Shown: positions 13,241-27,960 of the stretch, piece after piece | Position numbering within the stretch: the first letter of the stretch is position 1 | Layout: each line of letters opens with the position of its first letter | Assembly: GCF_006345805.1 (NCBI RefSeq) | Contig: NC_043015.1 | Span: 2,914,001 to 2,978,000 of the forward strand | DNA length: 64,000 nucleotides | Origin: Octopus sinensis | Lineage: Eukaryota | Reading direction: 5' to 3' | Notes under the pieces: model-generated | What the model was told of the DNA's origin: nothing | Seen by the model: the letters and a program-made list of their open reading frames with translations, nothing else | The model's database searches: none | Made by a program: the position numbers and the translations under genes

Positions 13241-15194
13241 CAGGGGAAAAGAGTATACACACGAACCCCTCCACATATATATATATACACATACATACAT
13301 TCATCTACATAACAGCTTACTTACCATACTACCTGAATAAAAATATAAGTATGATTATCTACTACGTATATTTCCTGTTTAGTATTTTGGATATGGTATG
13401 TTTTAACTGTTATCGTGTAATTGTTTCATTTATTAGAGTATGGCCATGCTGGTGCATTGTTTTGAAGAATGTTTAGCCGAATATACCAACCCCAAGCAAA
13501 AACCTGGTATTTATTATATCGGTGGATATAGCTGAAACGCGAAAACGCACCATAATCAGTCACCAAGCGAGCATTGGGTTGTAAGGCAATATTTACAAAA
13601 GCAAATGCATGTTATTATGTAATGAATGAATACATCAGTTACTTTATACCGAAAATCTTTCGCTAGATTTTAAACACCATTTGTATTTCGATTTTAAAAG
13701 CAAGTTACACTACGATGAACCTAGATTAAACCACAGAGTGGGATCTACGGTTTATGTTAGATTTGGTAGTATCATATCTGCAGTATCCTGCCAACATTTG
13801 ATACATTCATTACCATTTACATCACACTCAAATCTGTTATTGTACCTAGCGATTTATGGCGTGCTACGTGTTGTTGTGTCTAGGTTGTATTGGATCCTTA
13901 TAGGTAATTCATATCTATCTATCTGTTTATCTGTCAACATACATACACTTATATATATATATATACATAATAGTTTGGGTGTTGTATATGTTTGCTTGAA
14001 ATGATTGTGGTTATGTGAGACTGAGTGAATAGCTATGAAGTTATGTTGAATAAGTCACAGACAATCAACTAGGCGGCGTAAATCATTTTCCACCATTTTG
14101 AATTAATCATAAGTTTCCTTTTCACTGTCGCGACATCATGCTTCAAATACAGATAATTTTGCTCTGTATTCAACTCTTAATTTCAAAACGATTTTCTACA
14201 CACTTATTTAATCTCTACATCTAATTTTGCATTAGTAATATGCTAGTTCAGAGGCGTATGATTTCTAAATATTCATTTATTATTACATATATCAATACAC
14301 CAGTAACATTAGTTTATATGGACTTAGTGATATAATACGACTTAATAACAATGTAATATGATTAACAAATTTCCATACATGCATTTATTTGTGAGCATTA
14401 CTTATGAAGTGCAGTTGTTATTTATTTCCGGTAGATATGTCTTGAAGATACCCTGGAAATATATTAGCGAAACAATATTTATCTCATCTTGCATAATTTG
14501 TTTTATATCCGTATCAACACATTTCCTGCTTCAATAATATTGGTTTTTCAACATATTTAACACCACGATAAAGGTATTCGTGTGAACTGCACGCCTATAA
14601 CAGTTTTGTTATATTTTTATCTAAGCCTCTGATATTCAGAAGCATATTACATTATTTCTCAAGTTATATAATCAGTTTGAGAAGTTTATTTTATCACAGA
14701 ATACTGCTGAGAGGTATTGACATGTTGATTTAGGTAATATACGCTGATATCAAGACAATCAGAACGCATTCGCCGTTCGTTTATGTTAGGTGGGGATTTT
14801 TTCTATCAGGGTCTATAAAATATCTCTCAAACACAGAATTACCACAACTGAGTCAAAAGCACAAACGTATATGTCTTTTATACACATAAATATTTCCGCG
14901 TTTCAGTGATTGGACAGCGGTTGTCTTGAGGCATGTTACAGTAGAATTTTAGGCAGATTAGTCGACACCAGTACTTCAGTTTTAACGCTGGTAATTAATC
15001 AATAGATTGTTCGCCACATGGACAAATTAAGAGTTCGTAAACACACGAACATCGGTTGTGAGGCGGTGGCGCAGGAAGGAACAAAGGCACAAACACACAC
15101 ACGTACGCGCGCAGCGGCGCACGCTCATAAATACACGCATACACAAACGAACAATCACGCACAGACGTATACATACACACACACACAAACACAC

Positions 15195-15301
<107 letters not shown>

Positions 15302-15471
15302 CGGGGCGAATGGTATTGTATACGGTGCCGAGTATACAATTCTGTAAATAATAATACTGAATTTCTTATATAAGCTTAAGGTTTTTGGCGATCACAGTGC
15401 AATGACTAAGGAAAATAGTCGAATAAATGGGCATATGAGCCATCGAAAGAAAAAATTATTTCATATCCGCG

Positions 15472-15552
<81 letters not shown>

Positions 15553-16203
15553 GGGCTATAGTAGAACTCATTTTCCCAGGGTGCCGCGGAAACCATGTTG
15601 CACGAAATTATACACTCCTGGGAATGCAGAGTAAGTTGGGAACTCTTCCTTATTCATTTACCTGGTATAATTGTCAGGTAATTAACCAGGCACTATCTCA
15701 TCTATTATCCAGGACCAGTGGAAAATGCATTCGACTTAAAGCTCACATACAAAAAATTCATGTATAATATCTGGAATATATATGAATATATGTCGGTGAA
15801 TGCTGAATTTCTATAAATTCAGTAATAAATACTAGATATGAATTTTCTTTAGAAAACCCTGCTCTATAGATATCTGCATTTCATCCCAGTTTCATACATT
15901 ATTATTTGTTTTGTATATAGTAAATTTTTCCTTCTTTGTTACTCTTTTGTGTTGCGAGCAAACAAAATATGACGGAATCATTGAAAGCTTCTCAGTTTAT
16001 TCTTCACAGCTTACTTGCATACATAATGGAGCATGTTAACAGCTATAACTCCTCAACAATTGTCTATTTTACAGGTATTTCACGAAATCCCGTAACAGGT
16101 CGATCGGCAAGCATATACGTTTCTGCATACGCATATACACACACACATATGTGTATAATATATGTGTGAGTGTGTGTGTACATGTTGATATATATATATA
16201 TAT

Positions 16204-16623
16204 AATTATAAAATAGGGTATCTACGAGATACCACCATGCTGAAAATAGCAGCCATGAACCGACTTTAAAAGCACCTTAAGTTTTCTTATACCAGCATGG
16301 AGAATAGAAAAAGAGACAATATGGAACTACTAAAAAATTACAGGATAATTCTAGATCCCGGATTATTGACTTTGAATTTAGAAATGCTTTGCCTCATTAG
16401 TAGAATATCCGTAGAAAGAAACATAAATACATATATATATATATATAAATGCAAAGGTAGACATCCGGGATCTAGAATAATCCAATAATTTTTTACTAGG
16501 TTCATCTTGTCTCTTTTTCTTTTCTCCATGTTGCTAAATGAAAACTTAAGGTGGTTTTAGAGTCGGTTCATGGCTGCTATTTTAAGCATGGTAGTATCTC
16601 GTAAAATACCCTCTTTTATAATT
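16204..16623. mobile_element. Fold-back MITE-like element with ~175-bp inverted arms
   Basis: 16204-16380 is the imperfect reverse complement of 16446-16623 (e.g. AAAATAGCAGCCATGAACCGACT / AGTCGGTTCATGGCTGCTATTTT), with a ~65-bp spacer. TSD not resolvable because the left flank is (TA)n. Confidence 0.85.
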
Positions 16624-16716
16624 TTTATGATTATTATCTTTGAAGGTTAATTTTTCCATGCTGACCACTGGATAAGTTCGTTATTTTTTTTTAATTAACG
16701 ATCTTATCCGTATTGA

Positions 16717-16770
<54 letters not shown>

Positions 16771-16771
16771 T

Positions 16772-16809
<38 letters not shown>

Positions 16810-17057
16810 GGTATATATGCATTTACATATATTATTGTGTGGTGGGGAGTGCTACTGTCTTTTAGTGCCTTATCATTTAACACTCTCACAGGTTCGATTT
16901 CCACTCATGTATTTGTCTAGTAAAAGAGAATGACTCTCACCAGACAATAATACGTGCTTCAACACACGAATTCTCATAAAGAATTTTGCTAACCAAATAA
17001 AAAACCTAAATGTATATGAATATGTGTGTGAGTGTATGCACATATATATGAATCCAT

Positions 17058-17089
<32 letters not shown>

Positions 17090-17095
17090 TATATA

Positions 17096-17139
<44 letters not shown>

Positions 17140-17161
17140 ATGTATATATATATATAATATA

Positions 17162-17209
<48 letters not shown>

Positions 17210-17448
17210 GTATGTGTATGTATTAAAATAAAATTTTAATTTTAGTCATAATTAAAAAACTACATTAATTTGATGTGCTACGCTATAATTAGTTAATGTA
17301 TAAATTGATTATTGTGAAACTAGACCATTTTTGACAGTGAGATTCTGTTTTCCGACAGGTGACTAGCAATATATTTATATGTATACATATATATATATAT
17401 TTATCTGTATACATATTTATATATTTATTTATATATATATATATAATA

Positions 17449-17492
<44 letters not shown>

Positions 17493-19457
17493 TATATTTA
17501 TATTTATATATGTATATATTATAAACAGTATGTTTATCAAAATAAGACATTGGTACATTGCAATTTAACTTCACCCAGGAAAGCTCACTTATATATTATG
17601 TGATAAGAAACAAATATAACAACTTTATTTTGACACACAAACAGACAAATAATTGTGTCTTGCTGATGGTTTCATCCCAAAGGCTACGCGCACATAACAT
17701 GAGAAAAATAATACACACCGAAAATTATCTCTTGAAAAATACAATTATGTACTAGTTGAAAACTGGCATCCATGACATCGGTTACCAACCTTCACAAAAT
17801 TGTAATCGATATGTAAATACAAAGCAATATTTATGATTTGAAAATATTGTAAGGTAATAAAGAATCAAAACATGATGCAATGTGAAAAATGATGCAACAA
17901 TATGAATATTGTACTATGTACTTCTATAACAACCAGTTTTGATGGAACCTTTTATAATTTCCGGTACAAGAAAAATGCAAATTTACAAGGTTAATCTATT
18001 AGGTGTATGAGAATTGATAACAACGCTGTACATCAAATCTTCAGGAATGGTTAAGGTCATTAGGGTGAAATTATTTTGATATGCTAGGAAATGTCATGTT
18101 TACTGAAGATTCCTCTCATTTATACCGCCTGATATTAACTGATCAAAATATTATCAAAGATGACTGTCCTTTTGTTATTTACTGATTTTATGATTTCACG
18201 ACTGTCATTTGAATATTATAAATGTTTAAATAGCAGTTCTTTCGATAATTCCGTAAACTCAGATTTAACGATCTTCCGAGTTATATTCATATTATAACTA
18301 GGCTACTTCTATGACATCAACGTCAAATTGTAATTAAACCATTAATTCTTGTGAAGGGTGATAAAAGGCAGGGTTCCTGATATAATTTATGTGAATTCAC
18401 TCTTCCGCTCTTGATTAAATGTCATCGGGTATTACTTCATAGTTTCCTGGATGTCAAACATTCATCTCATTAGTTCTGAATGCATAATTGGATCTAAAGT
18501 AATTATATAAGTCGAACCAGTTATTGATTGGTTAATTAATAATATTTTAACACTGGTAGATATTCTTGGATATTTTCTACCATGCTAATCTATTAATGAC
18601 ACTTTTTTCTCCGAAATACGTATCAGAATTGAGAAGTTCATATCATTCAAATAACTTTCTTTATATTACATTCCGATGTGTGTTCTACTGAATAAGAGCC
18701 TTTGGTCCATTGAGCTGTGAGTTTTCTGTATGTATCCTATTTGTACTAAATCACTTGTAGTAGAAATTCTGAACCAAATGTTGACGATCTTACACAACTT
18801 ATTCCAGTTATTCTCCATATGGGTGGATAAATTGAACTGAGACATCTAGTATCAAATATGAATTCCTTGTGTGTCACATTTGGTAAGGGAATATAAGAGA
18901 TTGCAGCAAAAGACAATGGAGAGATTAATGAAATATTTTGTGTCCAGATTTCAAGCTCCGTTTATATTTAAAATATCCAATTGGTTACTAACAGAGAAGG
19001 TCTTTGTGATGCGGTTCATCTCAGGGGTAAATTTATTAACGTCAGGATGATTTATTTTACTGAATACTCAACTTTCGTTTTTCAGAATTACGGAAAATTT
19101 CGTGAGAATTACAGAAATGATCATTTGGATTTTATGAGATAAAAATACTAAATATGACATTAGAGGGAATATCATAGGTACTTATTCCCATCATAGTGTT
19201 GCAAATAGCAAATAGGATATTGGCCTTGAAGAAATATTACATACCATTACCTTGAAATATATTATTTTAATAGAAAATAATAAACAATAAAATATTTATA
19301 TCCACAGAGAAAAACATTTCCATACATCCCAAAGTAATTGCGTTTTATGATATGATGTATGTACATAGTAGAATTGAACGAGTAGAGACAGTTAACATCG
19401 CTTTAACATTAGTATGGATTAAAAGACGCCGCTCGGGTAAAGGATTCAGTGGGAATT

Positions 19458-19507
19458 CCAAAGTGCATACCAAAGTGCATACCAAAGTGCATACCAAAGT
19501 GCATACC
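19458..19507 (+). repeat. Perfect 12-bp minisatellite (CCAAAGTGCATA)x4
   Basis: Four identical units are directly visible. Confidence 0.95.
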
Positions 19508-21380
19508 TCTAATGTGTGTGATACTCTCCCCCACCCATCTCCTTCTCTGCCTGTCTGTCTGTGTATATATATGTAAAATACGTTAGGATTCAAGTGAATC
19601 AGACGCTCGAGCGTTAAGCCACAGAGTTGGGCCAAAATTAAAATGCGTACACAACAAATATAGATGAATACATACGCGTATACCAAAGTAAAGGCAGCGA
19701 GTTATTCAGATTATGTATAAATTTAATTGACTTCGACTGAATATATGACTAACCCTTTACATTTATTGTTATAGTTTTTACATATATTTTTTATATTCTT
19801 ATGATATTTCCTGTATTATATGTTCTATCACTCTACTGTTATTTCGTTATCACCATTATTTTTTCCCATCGACAATTTATTTGCTATTGTACATTATCCA
19901 AATATATTACCTTATTTTACTTTATTTTACTTTTCTTCATTCCATTAAAATTCCGGTGATATCATTTACAAATTCAGTATATATCAGTTCCATTTTTATT
20001 ATTATCCATATTCTTTTATCGTATCCCATATTGTCATTATATTTTTTATTATAATCTTTCCTTTACCATTATCGTTTTGCTTTCATAAATGTTTTATTGA
20101 ACGCTCTGTATTGTATACTTCTTGGTTTATCTGTCTATTCATAGGATGACCACCATTATTCCTACCACACTCAGAGTAGAATATCAACCCATGTATCTCT
20201 ATTACATATCCTTCGGGGAAAAAATAATTGTTAAATAAGTAAATATTGAATTCAAAGATAAATTGAAATCACTCTATCTCAATTGTGGATGACATACTTG
20301 ACTGTCCGATCCTTAACCAATCTTGTAACGTACATCAATGCTATAAATCGTAGGTCCCCTTACCATCTCATAACATGCCGTTGTCTTCTAGTACAATACT
20401 ACCAACTGAAATAACAAATCCATTCTACGATATCAGTAACTCTCGTGAAATCATGAAGATGCATATGCCGTTCATTTTTCAATGTTTTTAAATGTTTTGG
20501 TGCATGTACTTACTTGATAAAACGTTTTTTCCTAACGGTTTCAAGTTATTAAGTTAAAACATAATTGGAAATAGCTATAATCAATTGAAGTATTATTCAT
20601 AAGTTATCATTTTATTTTTCGTCTTTTATGTGAATATAAATCATATGTTTTTTTTTTATATATGAACGTTTATTTTGAGGAAATTCATTTTATCTAGTCT
20701 TATTTTTCATTTCAAACATACATTTTTTAAAAGTTAGTAAAAAAAAAAGGAAAAGTCTGAAAATCTCGTAGAACAATGTAGCCTTCCAGTCTCATCGCTT
20801 TGAAGGTATCATGTTGTGGAGAACGCAATTAGAGATAAATTTACAGAGGTTTAAAACTAGAAAATAACTATAAGCGGGACTGAAATTTTCTGCGTTTAGC
20901 GGAGAAGTGTCAACATTAATCTTGTACTCTGTGAAATTTAGAGATAGCGCCTGACCTGTTCATTGTAGATTTCTAAATAAGCAGAAATATTTAGTAAAAG
21001 CAACATGTATCATCTTTCGTCTCTTCATTTTTTGTATGGTTTTATTATTTTTTTAAAATATTAAAAAAATAATATTTGTCTGCATGTGTTTGCATTATGC
21101 GTACTTCTGTATTATGTATATCTGTAATGTATTTGTGTACATCATTTATACATAAGTGCATGTGGATGTATGTACCCATACGTGTGATTGTCATGGTAAC
21201 AACCTGCTAATGTCCCTCTGTCTGTTGATAAATACGAAAATTAAAAGGAGCAGCACATATGCTAGGACAAAACAACATCCTAAGCCGAATGAGCGCAGAT
21301 ATAAACAACTAATGGGAACCCGTATTAAGGAAAGATAGGAGAATATTAGATTTATAAGACCTAAAATTCACTCCATATTT

Positions 21381-21612
21381 GCGCATGGGCATGTAGCATA
21401 GTGGTTAAGAGCGCGAGCTACTAACTCCAAGATTCCGATTTCGTTTCCATGCAGGGACCTGAGTAATAATAATAACAACAACAACAATAACAACATCGAA
21501 TAATAACATGGGAATGAGAACACAGGTTCGAAATTCTCCCAAGACTGCCGAAACGTGTTAGCAAGAGACAAGATGAAGACAAATGTCCGCCAAATATAAA
21601 TAATGTAAATAA
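21381..21612 (+). mobile_element. tRNA-headed SINE, family B (decayed)
   Basis: A box TAGCATAGTGG (21394-21404), tRNA-like head with decayed B box, internal (AAT/AAC)n tract and AAATAATGT-like tail repeats. Confidence 0.65.
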
Positions 21613-22696
21613 TATTTACAAACTTGTTTGTCAATAAAATAACTGTTCTTGATAGATGTTTTTTTTAAATACTTTTTGTATAAATTTACTATCTTCTAAC
21701 ACCTGGATCCTTGTATCCTACCTTTACAAAGAATTATACAAGAACACACACACACACACACACACTTATATTTATATATACTAACAGAGACACGCATGTG
21801 CATCTTAACACCTTTTGTTCCGTTTCTACAAAATATTAACAATCGATAATTTTTGACGCTGAAGAAAGCTTTAACGTTCTTGTACGTAACAGCTAAATTC
21901 TATCACTCCCAGATTTACATAACTTTTGTTGCAGATGAAAATGTTTTGCGTAGTTGCAAATTTAATAGAAAAAATAAATCCCATTTGATTAGAGTGTGTC
22001 AATCAAATTAAGGAGAAAGAACACGCTTAGTAAATATTATTTGGCTCACTCTAGATGTCAATATTCTCATACTTCAACTTACTATTTGAAACTTAATGCA
22101 TATTTACTTATAATGTATACAATTTACGCGTGCTCTTTTTTTTTTACACGTTAACTGTTTTTAGGGGTTTTTTTGTTGCTTTTCTAAGAAAAGAAATTTG
22201 TACGTAGTACGAGTCTTTTTGTTTAGTACTTTATTGAATAACGTTTACACAAATATGAAATTAGATGTGTTGCATATAAGGATTATTACTTCATTGTCAA
22301 AATGTGCCGTTTGAATGTCGCAGACATTACAAGTGGCATTGTTTTTACAGAAGGTATTTTTTCTTTAGAAATGACAGATAATAATGATGGAGACGCATAC
22401 AAACACTCACACACATACTTCCTCATCCTCTGTCTGACTGTTGGTCTGTCTCTTTCACTCTCTATCTCTCTCTCGCTCTCTCACTCTTACACACACACAT
22501 CACACACGCACACACGCACGCACACACTAACGCACACGTATATTTATGCATATCCAGTGAAGATTTATTATGTTATTTTGTGGAGAATAGTGCACTGTAT
22601 AACCTGAAATCACATATACCTTTCTTTCGCTTTCACACTGTTGAAAACTCATTACCCTTCCTGACCCTAGTCATGTCAGGACATTACATATTTGCA

Positions 22697-22912
22697 TTAC
22701 TCTTTTACTCTTTTACTTGTCTCAGTCATTTGGCTGCGGCCATGCTGGAGCACAACCTTTAGTCCAGCAAATCGACCCCAGGACGTATTCCTTGTAAGCC
22801 TAGTACTTATTATATCAGTCTGTTTTGCTGAACTGCTAAGTTACGCGCTCTTAAACACACCAGCATCGGTTGTCAAGCGGTGTTGGGGGACACACACAAA
22901 CACACAAACATA
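22697..22912 (-). mobile_element. SINE family A, 3' half
   Basis: TACTCTTTTACTCTTTTACTTGTCTCAGTCATTTGGCTGCGGCCATGCTGGAGCAC matches the 3' end of the other copies. Confidence 0.85.
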
Positions 22913-23475
22913 TACGTATTTCTGACCACCTTCAATTGCGTTACACATTTGGCAACATGCCAAATATCCTATCGTTAAAATGATCAAATGCCCTATTCAG
23001 TCGCCACTTCTAATGCTTTGGTCAGTGCCTTAGTGTATGAACCTGCAGGCATGTGTACTCGAATGTATATATGTGTATTTGTGTGTGTATGTGTGTGAGT
23101 GTGTGTATGCTACAATGAAAAGTGTATAAATATACACGTGAAAGAATTATTGCAACGTATCATCACTTAGTGGTTTTTCAACAATAGTGATTTAGTTAAA
23201 AGCGATTTTATGCCACATAATAAAATAGAAATATCAGAAATTAAATTAAAGTGACTTCAAGCGCTAAAACCTTGTATTGATTAATATATCAACATTTTAT
23301 GCTAATATTTAATGAGAAAATATATATATAGAACATATTTCACGACTGACTTTTGTTTTTATAATAAAAAAAATTAATAGGAAGCAGAATTTATAACGTT
23401 AAAATGAATGGGTATAGCTATTTCAGTCAATAAGAGAGTCTGATTTTCAAATGGAAATGTTGAATATGCTTTGTC

Positions 23476-23541
<66 letters not shown>

Positions 23542-23705
23542 GGCAGTGGTACGAACCACATAATGAAATCATAAAATACGAGATACAATAGTTGACGACT
23601 ACTCAAAAATCTTAAAGCACACCCCACAAGAGCAAAATTCACATCAGAAATGAAAACAGAATTCTCCATAAAAGAATGTGGAGATAGCAGATATCGAATA
23701 TGCAT

Positions 23706-23747
23706 CAATAACAACTACAACAACAACAACAACAACAACAACAACAG

Positions 23748-23815
<68 letters not shown>

Positions 23816-23822
23816 TCGTCTT
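23706..23822. repeat. (AAC)n-(TAC)n compound microsatellite
   Basis: Directly visible. Confidence 0.95.
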
Positions 23823-23971
23823 CTTCTTTAAACACTTAGAAAGTGGTTTCCAATTCAAATTCAAGCGCAAATTTCCGTTCAAAATTTATGCAGATATGTA
23901 AATATGCAGAATTTCATATACTGCATCACTTGCCTCACCTACCAGGAGAATATAAACAATAAGCATGTATG

Positions 23972-24010
<39 letters not shown>

Positions 24011-24039
24011 CATGAAAACACATCGATATGTGTTTGATA

Positions 24040-24420
24040 CATATGATAATCGATGCAGCATATCTCGGTGATAAAAAGTACAATGTGAAAGAAGAAGAAA
24101 AAATAATCAACTATGACGATTTGAAGTGGGAAATACGAAGGATGTGGTGAATGAAGAGAGTAGACGTGACACCAATAGTAATTGGTGCACTTGGAAGTAT
24201 GAGCAGTCGACTACCGAAAGGTTTGTTGCAATTTGGAAGCAAGAACACCTGGTAAATCAATATTGATTGGAACAGCAATATTTCTTCACAGTGTTCTTCA
24301 AGTATGTCGAGTAAACAATTGTCACCGTAATCTACTGGGTACATACAAGTGGTGATTTCCATCATTCTCAGCAACGTACACTATACGTTTCCGTAAAATA
24401 AGGACAAAATGATTATAATA
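24040..24420 (+). mobile_element. R4/Dong-clade non-LTR retrotransposon 3' remnant (restriction-like endonuclease region)
   Basis: Translates as IIDAAYLGDKKYNVKEEEKIINYDDLKWEIRRMW*MKRVDVTPIVIGALGSMS, the D...E..K..Y..L...W....VVPIVIGALG signature of REL-endonuclease LINEs, with an in-frame stop. Confidence 0.8.
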
Positions 24421-27400
24421 ATCTACACCTTTACCTATTCTCTTCGTAACGTAATTATCTCCAATTTTGCAGCTCATAAAGTTAAGCACATTGTATTATG
24501 TATCATATTTCAACTGGCTCTCATACATATATACACCATCAATGTCTAATACATGCCTTGTGTCATGGGCACTGCTGCTCTATCGTTCATCAAAAACTAT
24601 ATAGGCATTTATAATATTGACATGACATTCATGCATTTGGAATGATAATATACTTTCATAGCAGCGCGATATAGTTTTGATTGCGCTTGTCGGTGATAGA
24701 AATTACAAGAGCTCATTGATGTGTAACCAATTATACCTAAATCAAATCAGTACTGATATATTGATAATTGATTGAACCGGTACTGTTCGAAATCGGGATC
24801 AATGAACCAATAATTGTTTCTTTGCATAGCAATCGTTGGGTTTCAATAAAAAATAAACAGAAATATCTAGACACCGTGATATATTGAAAACAATAAAATA
24901 TAAAAGGATAAGTAGAAAATAAGTTTTAAAATGCAAGTAATTGGTATTAGATATCATGTTGCTTTCTTTATTTTAGCACACAGCCGTAGTTTTCAGTTAG
25001 AATATTGGTACTTCAGGATATATTCAATTTATTAAATTTCGCATTAAATGTATTATCGCATTCATGGGAAGTTAGATTTCTATCGCTTTCATTGCGATTC
25101 CGATATATATACAAATACGTCAATATATTAAAAAAATCATATTTTCTAAGACATCGGCGCATAATACACGCAAGCACACATATATAATTATAATAATGTT
25201 AGAAGTAGAGAAAAAGATGAAGCACGCACCTCAGAAGCAGAAACGCGCAGCACCTGATGTAATAGAAATTTATTTCAAACTACCATGTTTCAAATAATGA
25301 TAGTCGTGATGTCGATGATAACGGACGTTACATCTGTTGAAAGCAGAACGGCTGATGTCTCTCATTAGCACCGCAGACATAGTAATACATGAAATTAGAA
25401 TAGGCGTCATTAGATATCTGAGTATTGGTGTTAGGCACATTGTAGAAAGCGTCCGACTACAATTTCTCACTATTTCCGGAGATATGGCGAGGTTCTGGAC
25501 CTTACTACCGCAAATATAGCTTTCTTGCAGGCATCCCTTGAAGACAGGAATTGATCATAATATCATATAAACACCTAAGATCAACCTAAGGATCTCTTCT
25601 CAGATGTAGTGTGGCATGCTGTGAAACTCACTGGTGATATACATAAAGTCCATCACAGTTTGAAGGAAATTGGTGCGTGACACGTCTTACAACCTCTCAC
25701 AGAGCACTCAGTAGCTGTCATGATGTCGGCAAGTTGATATCGTCATTGAAACGATGAGAAGTTTCCAATCTTCAAGTGTCTTCATGTCATCGATATCAGC
25801 GAATTTTTCACAACATCACGTTTAAATTTTATGCTCTCAAACGCCGTTGATATTTCATGAATATATTAGCTGATCCTGAGAAAAAGAAGTTATATAACAA
25901 ACCGAGAAACCTGTACGTTGTAAAATATTTGAACTGTATATTAACAGTTATTATCCGAAGTTAGGAATAAGAAAGTGCCATGTCTTAAATTTAGTCTCCT
26001 TAGACTCAATGTACCGGACTTGAAAAATATCGGGCGGTACATATGAAAGAGAGTGCATTTTTTATTTAACATGTTTGTTTAAATCTTTTCAAAATGTGGC
26101 ATGACAAAATATTCACGAAATCACGTTTATATATAGCGTCAGCTTATGCAAACTAGTTCCGTGTGTTTAGGTTATTAATGCAATTTGTTTTCCGATTACA
26201 ACATTTAGTTCTTCATATATTGATATTTTTTTTCTTCACTCTACCCATTACATACGGTCCGCGCCAAAATTCGATTTCATATCTACATGCTTACTGAATC
26301 ATAGTCCCAGTCAAAGGGTTTAGATTAGTGGACTTACTATTCATTTGGAGGTGATGGCTTGCCGTACGTGTTCTAGATATAAGACTACGGCATTCATTTT
26401 GTTTTATATTGTTCCACCAATCCATTTATCGGTATCATATTTTCATTGCGTTCAATTCCATAAGGTCCTGCCGTTGCAACCAGTTATCACTATTACAAAA
26501 TGATATAAAAATCCTGAAAGCAGAATGTTGATTTTATTCTGTTTTACAATGGAAAACCGCCCGGATCCTGCAATGAAGTATCTGTACATTTGTACAAATA
26601 CTTCATTCGCATTTAATTATTAGATATCCTGAATATGAAAATCTGTTTATATCCGTTCGTCAATAATATAAAGGCATTGGCTTTTCCGTCCCTTAATATT
26701 TCATGATATAAGCGAGAAAAAGAGACGCTAAACATTTAATTAAATACTATGCTCATATATATCACAACTTAAATATTTGAGACCTTACCTTAAACCTAAA
26801 TGAAAACTATACTGTTTGACCAGTAATCCAATCAGCTAATACTAACACCTACAATCTTTATATGTAAAGTAATCTGAATATTTTCAACATCCGCCCGGTT
26901 TTCAAAGAGGCACTTGATATGATGGCAGTGAATTTAGGATGACATTTAGTAAAAGAAAAGACTGTTTAAAATAATATTTAAACCTTTACAATGTCCTTTG
27001 ACATTTACAATACAAACCACATTGTAACAAATTTTGCATCAGCTGTTTCATTAACTATCAATTCTCATATCATCAGAAACCGTAAGCCAAACTATTGAAG
27101 ATTCTCGATATAGTATTATTATGATAAATGCTAAAGCACCAATGACAGTTACAGCTGCATACATTAATACGATAAAACATCATACTCAGTTGCCAACCAT
27201 ATCAAATGAGACAGGTTGTGCAGGAATATAACCGTTCCATACTCTCCCGATAATTCAGAGAGCGCCGACGCAATACTACATGATATCGCATGACATAATT
27301 GCCATCAATGAAATGTCTAACAAAACGTGAAAGCTTAAACATGATATATATTTGGTAAAAGGTAAATACGGATATAGAAATACAGTAATTTAGCCATATT

Positions 27401-27960
27401 GCGTTTTGCAACCACACTGGAATGAGGAAGATAACATCTTCATTTGAACTTAATATAAAATATCAATGAGTATAATATATAAAATGAAGGAGTCCTAAAG
27501 TGAAAGAGACGTTGTATGCAGATGATATTGAAATGATGGATATCTTTACACACGAGACATCTAAATTGATAACACAAATGTCTCCATGAATTAAGTAATT
27601 GCACGATCGTGTTTTCTCAAGAAGCGTACTGAAATAAAATTGCTGTCAATTAATTTATACAATCACGTTCCTTAACAGGTTAAGCATATGTATATGAACG
27701 AAGTATGCACTCATGCCATATAGCTCATTTAGCAAAATATTTGTTCCCTCTATGATTATGTTCTTAATACAATACTTCTCGAAAAATTACCCCTTCTTTA
27801 CTTTTGCTGCTTCCAGTTCGGCGTCTTGATACCAATTACTTGATAGCAGCTAATATTTAGCATTGGTGTTTTATAGATTATATTCGAAGCTGTTTGCTAT
27901 TATCCGGAATACTACTTAAGGGAGATCCCTACCAAATAAGCAGGACATCTCTACACACAT

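Noticed and set aside
16908-16950. Minus-strand CTGGTGA-GAG..CTC hairpin resembling a hammerhead
   Set aside because: The GAAA box is absent (TTTT in its place) and A6 is mutated, so only a simple hairpin is supported.
18761-19143. Possible exon pair (donor TTG|GTAAGG at ~18882, acceptor TTTTTCAG at ~19085)
   Set aside because: All frames of the first candidate exon contain stops, and splicing from the late ATG reaches TGA within six codons.
19458-19507. CRISPR-like or coding (KVHT)n repeat
   Set aside because: There are no spacers and the context is eukaryotic. It is a plain 12-bp minisatellite.
25300-27300. Very old mariner-like traces (PYSPD-like codons near 27237, and a GC-richer block at 25300-25850)
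   Set aside because: Only isolated short motifs with no TIRs, too decayed to call.
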